Origin: a bacterium
GTDB taxonomy: Bacteria; Zixibacteria; MSB-5A5; WJJR01
Assembly (NCBI GenBank): GCA_035559435.1
Contig: DATMBC010000017.1
Span: forward strand, 11,848 to 75,847
Reading direction: 5' to 3'
Length of the DNA stretch: 64,000 nt
The notes below the pieces were generated by a model. That model had not been told where the DNA came from. It saw nothing but the letters and a program-made list of their open reading frames with translations, and searched no databases. Made by a program: the position numbers and the translations under genes. Of the stretch, positions 21,118 through 28,747 are shown one piece after another (within the stretch, counting starts at the first letter, position 1; the number at the start of each line of letters is the position of its first letter).

Positions 21118-22509
21118 TCAGGATTTGTCGCGCTCGGACGCAACCGTCGGACGGCGCAGAAAGCGCCAGCCGCGCGCCATGCCGCGGTGCTTCAGTTGAT
21201 CGATCAGGACCGCCGCCAGAATGACCAGTCCCAAAACCACCTTTTGCGTGTAGCTCTCGACGTTGGTCAGATTCATGCCGTTCTGGATGACGCCGATGAC
21301 CAGCGCGCCGATCAACGTACCGAGGACTCGTCCCTCGCCGCCGCTGAGACTGGCGCCGCCGACCACGACCGCGGCGATAACATTCAGCTCATAGCCCGCG
21401 CCGTAGGTCGGCGCCCCGCTTTTCAACTGCGACGCCATGATCACGCCGCCCAGCCCTGCCAGCGCGCCGCAGAGGGTGTAGACCGCATACTGGACGCGGT
21501 GGACGCGCACGCCCGCCAAACGCGCCGCTTCCGGATTGCCGCCGACGGCGTAGATGTAACGACCGAAAACGGTGCGCGTCATCACCAGGTGCGCGATCGC
21601 ATAGAGCGCAATCATCAACAAAACCGCGTTCGGAATGCGCAGCAGCGGCTCGGTGCCGCGTCCCAGCCAGATGAAGCCATCGGGAATCTGGTAGAGGGGC
21701 AGCCCCTGCGAGATGATGTAAGCGACTCCGGCGCCGACCTGCATCATCGCCAGCGTGGCGATAAAGGGCGGAATACGAAAACCGGTGATCATCCAGGCGC
21801 TGAACGCGCCCGCCAGCCCGCAGACGACGATCGCGCCCAGCGAGGCGAAGATCATACCGCCGGTGGAGGCGGCGTTCCCGCCCAGGGCTTCGATGAACCA
21901 GGCAGTTAACACCGCCGACAGCGCGATCAGACTGCCCGCCGACAGGTCTATTCCGCCGGCGATGATGACCATGGTCATGCCGATCGCAATGATCGCGATC
22001 ACCGCAATCTGATTGGCGACATTGCGCAGATTGTCGGCCAGAAGAAACGTGGGCCACCGCGACGGCGCCGGCGTTACCAGCGTCAGTGCCGCCGGCTCGG
22101 GCGCGCCCTGACGCAGTCCTTCCAGAATCGACCGCAGGGCCGCCGGCGCGGCGACCACTGCCGCCGACGCGCCCTGCCCCAGTCGCTCACGGATCGCGAA
22201 TGGATCACCCAGAAGGGCACCGGCCACTCTCAGTCCGCGTGATTCCAGCAACGACCGCAAATGCGCGACGAACAGACTGTCCTCATGGGTGGCGCGTCCC
22301 ACGATCAGCACGTCTTGTGCGGAGACATCCCGCGCCGCAAGCGACTCGGCCACCGCCGCGGCGCCGTCGGCGCCGGTCGGGTACTGATCGGCCACGGTGA
22401 GGATGGAGAAAAAGATGCCCAGAATGACGAGCACTCCGAGCATCCCATAATCGCTTAACAGCCCGACCAGACGGCCACGCCAGAGATGTGGAGGGCGAGC
22501 GTTCATCAT
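21118..22509 (-). CDS. Sugar ABC transporter permease (RbsC/AraH branched family) with an unusual ~150-aa insertion after TM1
   Basis: C-terminal 330 aa match the ribose/xylose-type permease core. Start at the MMNARPP ATG (22509), which nearly abuts the ATPase stop (22514). Confidence 0.8.
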   Translation of the reverse strand: MMNARPPHLWRGRLVGLLSDYGMLGVLVILGIFFSILTVADQYPTGADGAAAVAESLAARDVSAQDVLIVGRATHEDSLFVAHLRSLLESRGLRVAGALLGDPFAIRERLGQGASAAVVAAPAALRSILEGLRQGAPEPAALTLVTPAPSRWPTFLLADNLRNVANQIAVIAIIAIGMTMVIIAGGIDLSAGSLIALSAVLTAWFIEALGGNAASTGGMIFASLGAIVVCGLAGAFSAWMITGFRIPPFIATLAMMQVGAGVAYIISQGLPLYQIPDGFIWLGRGTEPLLRIPNAVLLMIALYAIAHLVMTRTVFGRYIYAVGGNPEAARLAGVRVHRVQYAVYTLCGALAGLGGVIMASQLKSGAPTYGAGYELNVIAAVVVGGASLSGGEGRVLGTLIGALVIGVIQNGMNLTNVESYTQKVVLGLVILAAVLIDQLKHRGMARGWRFLRRPTVASERDKS

Positions 22510-22513
22510 CGAA

Positions 22514-23941
22514 TCAGACGGCCAGCGCCATGATGGTTTCGGCGGAAGCCGTTTCGGTGTTGACGATTTCGCCGGCGATCTGACCGCGGCGCATGACCAG
22601 AATACGGTCGCACAATCCGAGCAATTCGGGGAATTCCGAGGAGATGACGACAATCGCCTTCCCCTGCGCCGCCAGCCGGCGAATCAGAAGGTACATCTCG
22701 TGCTTGGCGCCGACATCGATGCCGCGTGTCGGCTCATCGAAGATCAGGACGCGGGCGTTGGTTTCCAGCCAGCGCGCCACCAGGAGCTTCTGTTGATTGC
22801 CGCCCGAAAGGTCCCTTGCCGGTTGCGCCGGCGAACTGAGACGCAGCTTCAACTCGCCCGCCCGCGCGGAAAACCGCGCGCCTTCGCGCCCGCGGTCGAT
22901 CCACCCCGCGCGTGACCACGCGGCCATGTTGCCCAGCGCGAAGTTGCCGAGCGCCGAGAGAGACAGAACCAGTCCCTGCGACTTGCGGTCCTCGGTCAGC
23001 AGGCAAAGACCGGCGGCGATGGCATCGCGGGGGTTTCGTATCCGCGCCGGTCGGCCGTCGATGATGATCTCGCCGGCTGTCATCGGATCGGCGCCGAAGA
23101 CCAGCCGCGCCAATTCGCTGCGTCCGGCGCCGACCAGGCCGCCCAGCCCCAGCACTTCGCCGCGACGGACCGCAAACGAGATGTCGGAGACGCGCGCGCC
23201 GGTCAGGCGGCGCACCTCCAGCGCAATCTCTCCCGGATGCGAGTCACGCGGCGGGAACTCCTCGGCCAGCGACAGCCCGACCATCATCTCAATCAACGTG
23301 TCGCGATCCAGCGCGGCGGTGTCGCGCGACGGCACGGTCTGGCCGTCGCGCATGACGGTGACCCGATCGGAGAATGCGAGGATTTCCTCGAGCCGGTGAC
23401 TGATGAAGATGATGCCGATGCCGCGCGCGGCCAGCTCGCGCAGGATGCCGGCCAGACGGCCCGCCTCATGTGGCGAGAGCGATGCCGTCGGCTCATCGAG
23501 GATGAGAATGCGGGCCTCGCGGATCAACGCGCGCCCGATCTCCACCAGCTGCTGATGCCCGATGCTCAGATCGCGCACCGGGGTCTCCAATGGCAGTTCG
23601 ACGCCCAGCCGGTCGAGCACCGAACGGGCCAGCGCGCGTTCAGCGGCGGCATCGATGAAGCCGCGGCGCGGGGATTCCCGTCCCAGCAACAGGTTCTCGC
23701 GCACCGTGAGCGCGGGAACCAGTGAGAATTCCTGATAGATGGTGGCGATGCCGGCGGCGATGGCGTCGCCGGGGCGCCGGAATTGAATCGGGCGGCCCTC
23801 CAGCCGAATCTCCCCGGCGTCGGCGCTCTGCACACCGGTGATGATCTTGACCAACGTGCTCTTGCCGGCGCCGTTGGCGCCGAGGAGGGCGTGGATTTCC
23901 CCCGCGCGCAATTCAAACCCGGCGCCCCGCAGCGCGACCAC
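22514..23941 (-). CDS. Sugar ABC transporter ATP-binding protein with two fused NBDs (RbsA/MglA-like)
   Basis: Two Walker A motifs (GANGAGKST and GLVGAGRSE) and two LSGG signature motifs (the second as LSGGNQQK). Confidence 0.9.
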   Translation of the reverse strand: MVALRGAGFELRAGEIHALLGANGAGKSTLVKIITGVQSADAGEIRLEGRPIQFRRPGDAIAAGIATIYQEFSLVPALTVRENLLLGRESPRRGFIDAAAERALARSVLDRLGVELPLETPVRDLSIGHQQLVEIGRALIREARILILDEPTASLSPHEAGRLAGILRELAARGIGIIFISHRLEEILAFSDRVTVMRDGQTVPSRDTAALDRDTLIEMMVGLSLAEEFPPRDSHPGEIALEVRRLTGARVSDISFAVRRGEVLGLGGLVGAGRSELARLVFGADPMTAGEIIIDGRPARIRNPRDAIAAGLCLLTEDRKSQGLVLSLSALGNFALGNMAAWSRAGWIDRGREGARFSARAGELKLRLSSPAQPARDLSGGNQQKLLVARWLETNARVLIFDEPTRGIDVGAKHEMYLLIRRLAAQGKAIVVISSEFPELLGLCDRILVMRRGQIAGEIVNTETASAETIMALAV

Positions 23942-24037
23942 GCCGGGGAAGGCCTTGTGGATGCCGGTGGCGCACAGGAGCGGCGCGCCGCTGTCAGCGA
24001 TGGAGGATGAGCCCGTATATGCCTCGCGTGGCCGGCG

Positions 24038-24973
24038 CTACGACGCGCTGGCGGCGGTGAACAGATCGCAGGGCACCAGAACCTGCGGCGCGACGGCGGC
24101 GCCGGAGAAGTAGGCCCGGACCGCCTCGATGGTCTTCTGCCCGATCACGCGCGGCCGCTGGATCACATCGGCAACGATCTTGCCGGCCTGGATCGCCGCG
24201 CGCGCCTCGGGGACGGCATCGAAGCCGACCACACGCACACTGCCGAGTTTGCCCGCCTTTTCGATGGCCGCCAACGCGCCCAGGGCCGAATCGTCATTGA
24301 TGCCAAAGATCCCATTCAGATCGGGATGCGCCTGCAGGATATCCTCGGTGGTTTTCATCGCCTGGTCTTTCATGCCGCGACCGGAGAGCTTGGCGACGAT
24401 GCGCATGCCGGGATGTTTGGCCAGTTCCTCCTCGAAACCGCGCACGCGCTGGATGACCGACTCGACTTCGGGATGGTCGATGATCGCCACGTTCCCATGG
24501 CCGCCGAGCGCCTGCGCCAGCGCCTGAGCGGCCAACGCGCCGCCGGCGACGTTGTCGGAGGCCACATGTGAGACGATCCGCACACCCTCGGCGAGGCAGG
24601 CGATGTCGGCGGTGAAGACCGGAATGCCGGCGTCGTTGGCGGCCTTGACCGCGGTGCCGATCGATTTGGAGTCGCACGGCGCCACGATGATGGCGTCGAC
24701 CTTGCGCACGATGAACTCGCCCAATTGATCCTTCTGGCGCGCGACATCGAACTCGCCGGCGGTGACAATCAGCGTGTAACCCGCCGCCGCGGCCGCGTCG
24801 GTCAAGCCCGCTTCGAGTTCCTGATAGAACGGATGAGTGCGGGTCAGAAGCGAGACGCCGATGGTGAAGTCCTTCTTCGCTTGCGACGACGGTTCGGGAC
24901 CGCTTTTCCCGCAGCCGAGCACCAGGACGACCGCCACAACGGCCGTCAGCAGACCGGAGACCAATGCGCGCAT
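24038..24973 (-). CDS. Sugar ABC transporter periplasmic substrate-binding lipoprotein (RbsB-like type I PBP)
   Basis: Lipobox LVLGC GK at the N-terminus. Periplasmic-binding-protein fold motifs. First gene of the operon transporter-ATPase-permease-GH38. Confidence 0.85.
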   Translation of the reverse strand: MRALVSGLLTAVVAVVLVLGCGKSGPEPSSQAKKDFTIGVSLLTRTHPFYQELEAGLTDAAAAAGYTLIVTAGEFDVARQKDQLGEFIVRKVDAIIVAPCDSKSIGTAVKAANDAGIPVFTADIACLAEGVRIVSHVASDNVAGGALAAQALAQALGGHGNVAIIDHPEVESVIQRVRGFEEELAKHPGMRIVAKLSGRGMKDQAMKTTEDILQAHPDLNGIFGINDDSALGALAAIEKAGKLGSVRVVGFDAVPEARAAIQAGKIVADVIQRPRVIGQKTIEAVRAYFSGAAVAPQVLVPCDLFTAASAS

Positions 24974-25275
24974 TCTGTTCCTCCGTGATGGGGCGTCCGT
25001 CTGCCCGCGCAGACGAAGTATTCAGGCCAGGGAAACTAACTCACCTGCCGGGGTGTTTCAAGCGGCGGTTCAGCGGACGCGTGGGAAAAGCGCGCTGGCG
25101 GGCCCCGCTGGAGCGCGCCGCGGGTCTGGTGGTCACAACGACGCGGCTCTGTCAAGACCGGAACGCGGCGTCCGTGCGGAGAAGAAAAGTCGGGATTGAA
25201 CCCGCCGCCGCGTTGGCGTAGTATGCGGGGCGGTCGCGACGCCGAACGACGGCGCGCGCAGACGCCCGATCCGGT

Positions 25276-25680
25276 ATGGAATGCCAATTCCCCAAGCAAG
25301 CTGCATCGCTGGAGTCCATCTTCGAATTTGTCAGCGAATTGGCCAACCGGCACGGCGTATCCGCCGACATCACCCGCGAGATGCAATTCGCCATCGAAGA
25401 GATCTTCACCAACATGGTGCGATACAACACCGAAACGCACAACGATGTGACGATCGATGCCGACGTGGCCGACGGCGTCTTCCGTGTGACGCTGGCCGAC
25501 CGCGACGTGCACTCCTTCGACCCAACGCAGCGTCCGCCGGTGGACACCGAGCGCCCCCCGCACGAACGCACACCCGGCGGCTTGGGAATTCATCTGGTGC
25601 GGCAGATGATGGATGATGTCCGTTACGAGTATGTCGACCGCACCGCGCGCATCACATTGATCAAACGTCTGGAGACCTGA
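25276..25680 (+). CDS. Anti-sigma regulatory factor, serine protein kinase (RsbW/SpoIIAB-like HATPase_c)
   Basis: 134 aa. N-box EEIFTNMVRYN and G-box PGGLGIHLV. Confidence 0.8.
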   Translation: MECQFPKQAASLESIFEFVSELANRHGVSADITREMQFAIEEIFTNMVRYNTETHNDVTIDADVADGVFRVTLADRDVHSFDPTQRPPVDTERPPHERTPGGLGIHLVRQMMDDVRYEYVDRTARITLIKRLET

Positions 25681-25682
25681 CC

Positions 25683-25964
25683 ATGCTCAAGGTTGAACTG
25701 GCCGACAAATCCACCATCGTGCTTACCGGTCGATTCGACGCCTCCCAGGTGTCGCAGGCCGACCCGGTCTTCGACAGTCTGGAGGGCAACAGCGTGCTGG
25801 ACTGCCGGGGCCTGGACTACATCTCCAGCGCTGGCATCGGCGTGGTTCTCGGCGCCTACAAACGATTGCACGAACAGGGGCACACCCTGACCATGATCAA
25901 TGTCAACGACCACATCCGTCAGGTCTTCCGCTATGCGGGCCTGGACAAGATCATCAAGATGTAA
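25683..25964 (+). CDS. STAS-domain anti-sigma-factor antagonist (RsbV/SpoIIAA-like)
   Basis: 93 aa. Conserved phosphorylatable Ser in LDYISSAGIGVVL. 2-nt gap after the kinase gene. Confidence 0.8.
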   Translation: MLKVELADKSTIVLTGRFDASQVSQADPVFDSLEGNSVLDCRGLDYISSAGIGVVLGAYKRLHEQGHTLTMINVNDHIRQVFRYAGLDKIIKM

Positions 25965-26194
25965 GGTTGGCTTTGCCGGAGGCGTCATCTGGTCCGCGGC
26001 GCGGCTCCAATCTCCCTTGCCCCAACCCTGATTTCCTGCTATCCTGAGTTTCACTTGGCTCCGCCGATCCGCCATGAGGCCCCGCGTTGGCTGAGCGTCT
26101 AATGCTTTAAATGACAAGAGGTTAATGCTCGACCGATGATTCGAGTTGCTGAGACCGGATAAAAACAATCGCTTTTGACCAACCTTGCGATCGG

Positions 26195-26752
26195 ATGGCT
26201 GTCATTATGTCGACGTTCGATGACCAGGCACTGGTGAGAAAGTGCCTTGCCGGCGAAACGGAGGCGTTCGGGGAATTGATCGATCGTCACCAACGGGCGC
26301 TGTTCAACACGGCCCTGCGGATGACGGGTGACAGCGAAGAAGCCGCCGACCTGACGCAGAGCGCCTTTGTCAAGGCCTACGAGAAGTTGGACAGTTATCG
26401 ACCCGAGCACAAGTTCTTCAGCTGGATTTATCGGATTCTGGTGAACGAAACCATCAACGCGCTCAAACAGAGGAGACAACAGCAGGGATTGGACATGGAA
26501 CCGGAATCGTCGGACCCGACGCCGGATGAACTGCACGAGACCAATGTCCGCAATCTTCGCATCGAGACGGCCCTGCGCGAGTTGTCCTTCGACTACCGGT
26601 TGGTGATTGTGTTGCGCTACTTCAACGATATGAGCTACCAGGAGATGAGCGAGATTCTCGCCGTGCCGGAGAAGACGGTCAAGTCGCGGCTTTACACGGC
26701 GCGTCAGAATCTGGCAACGATCCTGGGACGGATGGGAGTGGTGACGCCGTGA
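26195..26752 (+). CDS. ECF (group 4) RNA polymerase sigma-70 factor
   Basis: Region 2 (FGELIDRHQRALFNTALRMTGDSEEAADLTQSAFVKAY) and region 4 HTH (YQEMSEILAVPEKTVKSRLYTARQNL). An alternative ATG lies at 26207. Confidence 0.9.
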   Translation: MAVIMSTFDDQALVRKCLAGETEAFGELIDRHQRALFNTALRMTGDSEEAADLTQSAFVKAYEKLDSYRPEHKFFSWIYRILVNETINALKQRRQQQGLDMEPESSDPTPDELHETNVRNLRIETALRELSFDYRLVIVLRYFNDMSYQEMSEILAVPEKTVKSRLYTARQNLATILGRMGVVTP

Positions 26753-27522
26753 TCGAAGAACGTCTCCTGCATCTGATTCACCGGGCGGCCGACAACGCGC
26801 TGTCCGAGCGCGAGCGGACCGAACTCGACCGCCGTCTGCAGGACTCACCCGAGGCGCGCCGGCTGTACGAACAGATTCTCGGATTGAAGGATCTGGCATC
26901 GGCGGTGCCATCGGTGGAGCCGCCGGCCGCGTTGAAGTCGCGCATCCTGGCGCAGATCGATCCGGCGCGGTATCGCCGGCGCACGGCCGATTCGCGGACG
27001 ATCGCCGGCTGGATCGGCCATCTGTGGACGCCGCAACTGGCCTATGGTCTGGCGGCCGGGCTGATCCTCGGCATCGGGGTGGCGACGCTGACCCACAACG
27101 CGAGCGTCGACCCGTTGAACCCGCGGGACCTGTCCGGCACGATCCTGCGGCAGCAGCCATCGACGCTGTCGCGGATCGACGCCGACGCCTTCACCACCGG
27201 CCAGGCGACCGGCCGGCTGGCCGTGGACGCGGGCAATGGACTGACCTATGTCCAGATCGCGTTGGAATCGTCGTTGGAAGTCGCCGTGGTGCTGGAGTTT
27301 GACGAAAGCGCCTTGGTCGCCCGCGCCTACGAGCAACAGCAGCCGCAGGCGGGCAACATCACCGCCGCCCCCGGACGGATCACTGCCACCCACTTGGGAC
27401 AGAATCGCTATCTCTTTGTGCTGGACCAGATTGCCGACACCGACCGGCCGCTGGTCTGCCGCATCGAATCCACCGGGCAGATCTACCAGCGCGAAATCCG
27501 CCTCCCTCGGCAGGGCGATTGA
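26749..27522 (+). CDS. Membrane-spanning ECF anti-sigma factor
   Basis: GTGA overlap with the sigma gene. N-terminal anti-sigma helix region, single TM (LAYGLAAGLILGIGVATL), and a C-terminal extracytoplasmic domain of about 150 aa. Confidence 0.75.
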   Translation: MIEERLLHLIHRAADNALSERERTELDRRLQDSPEARRLYEQILGLKDLASAVPSVEPPAALKSRILAQIDPARYRRRTADSRTIAGWIGHLWTPQLAYGLAAGLILGIGVATLTHNASVDPLNPRDLSGTILRQQPSTLSRIDADAFTTGQATGRLAVDAGNGLTYVQIALESSLEVAVVLEFDESALVARAYEQQQPQAGNITAAPGRITATHLGQNRYLFVLDQIADTDRPLVCRIESTGQIYQREIRLPRQGD

Positions 27523-27542
27523 GCCACCAACCTTTTCCAACC

Positions 27543-27568
27543 GGAATTGTCATTATTACACTTCGAAT
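27543..27568 (+). promoter_or_regulatory. Candidate ECF-type promoter (GGAAT-N16-TCGAA) upstream of the repeat-protein gene
   Basis: aaccGGAATtgtcattattacactTCGAAtgg lies 35-60 nt upstream of the ATG. It resembles the GGAAC-N16-CGAA style of ECF promoters. Inference only. Confidence 0.3.
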
Positions 27569-27602
27569 GGGATTGAGAGCGACAGAAAGCGAGGAAAACG
27601 AA

Positions 27603-28664
27603 ATGGCACAGAACAAGTCGAACGGCACGAAGTTCATCATCATCGGCGGCGTCGCCGTCGTGGCGGTGGTGGCGATCGTGCTTATCTCCGGCGTGTATCC
27701 GCCGGCCAAGGAAGATGTGTCGGGCACGATCGGGGTGGCGGAGCGCTACCGGACCGAGCAAATCACCGACGCGGACGTGAAGATCGAGGACGCGGGCGTG
27801 CAGGCGCTTCTGCAGGACGACGAGGTGATCGCCCTGTTGCAGAGCGCCGAGTTCCAGACGCTGGCCTCCACGCCGGGCGTGATTGAGCTGATGACGAGCC
27901 CGACCTTCGCGGAGCTGGCCAAGTCGCCGGTCTTTGCCGAACTGTCGCGCGATCCGCACTTTGCCGAACTGGCGAAGAGCCCGCAGTACGCCGAACTGAT
28001 GAAGTCGCCGATTTACGTCGACCTGGCCAAGAACCCGCAGATGTTGGAGCTGGCCAAGAGCCCGATCCTGATGGAGCTGGCGAAGGTGCCGACCTACGCC
28101 GAACTCTCCGCCAAGCCCCAGTGGGTGGAGCTGGCCAAGAATCCGCAGATGGCTGAGTTGATCCGCGACCCGAAGTTCGCCGAGCTGGCGCGTGTCCCGA
28201 ACGTCGTCGAGTTGTCGTCCAACCCGCAGTTCGCCGAACTGATGAAACAGCCGCAGTATGCCGAGCTTTCCAAGCAGCCGGCGCTGATCGAACTGGCCAA
28301 GACCCCGCTTCTGATCGAACTGGCCAAAGTTCCGGCCTTCGTCGAGCTGGCCAAGCAGCCGTCGCTGATGGAGCTGGCTTCGCGTCCGGGCATCATGGAA
28401 CTGGCGAAGAACCCGACGCTCGCCGAGCTGGCCCGTCAGCCGCAGTACGCCGAGCTGATCACCAAGCCCGGCTACGCCGAACTGATGAAGTCGCCCAGCT
28501 ACCTCGAGTTGGCCAAGAAGCCGGTCTTCATCGACCTGGCCACCAACCCGAAGTTCGCCGACCTGATGAAGAAGCCGGAATTCATCGACCTGGCCACCAA
28601 TCCCAAGTTCGCCGATCTGGCCAGCAACCCGAAGTTCATGGAGCTGGTCATGCGCTCTGAGTAA
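27603..28664 (+). CDS. Membrane-anchored protein made of about 30 tandem nonapeptide repeats (consensus x-E-L-A-K-x-P-x-[FY]). Function unknown.
   Basis: ATG at 27603 with a GAGGA RBS. N-terminal TM FIIIGGVAVVAVVAIVLISG. From about residue 67 to the C-terminus there are near-perfect 9-aa repeats (FAELAKSPV, FAELSRDPH, FAELAKSPQ, YAELMKSPI ...). The ORF track entry starts at 27519. Confidence 0.8.
   Translation: MAQNKSNGTKFIIIGGVAVVAVVAIVLISGVYPPAKEDVSGTIGVAERYRTEQITDADVKIEDAGVQALLQDDEVIALLQSAEFQTLASTPGVIELMTSPTFAELAKSPVFAELSRDPHFAELAKSPQYAELMKSPIYVDLAKNPQMLELAKSPILMELAKVPTYAELSAKPQWVELAKNPQMAELIRDPKFAELARVPNVVELSSNPQFAELMKQPQYAELSKQPALIELAKTPLLIELAKVPAFVELAKQPSLMELASRPGIMELAKNPTLAELARQPQYAELITKPGYAELMKSPSYLELAKKPVFIDLATNPKFADLMKKPEFIDLATNPKFADLASNPKFMELVMRSE
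27801..28660 (+). repeat. 27-nt tandem coding repeat array (about 30 units) inside the nonapeptide-repeat gene
   Basis: Visible in DNA as reiterated gccgaactggc[c/g]aag...ccg... units with period 27. Translated units keep E2, L3, K5 and P7. Confidence 0.85.
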
Positions 28665-28691
28665 TCGGATTAGGGACGACCCGGAAACCAC

Positions 28692-28733
28692 GGCGGGACG
28701 CGGTCGACATTGACCGCGTCCCGCCTTTCGTTG
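28692..28733 (+). terminator. Rho-independent terminator after the repeat-protein gene
   Basis: Perfect 14-bp inverted repeat ggcgggacgcggtc/gaccgcgtcccgcc, followed by tttcgttgtt. Confidence 0.7.
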
Positions 28734-28747
28734 TTCCTTACCGTCCG

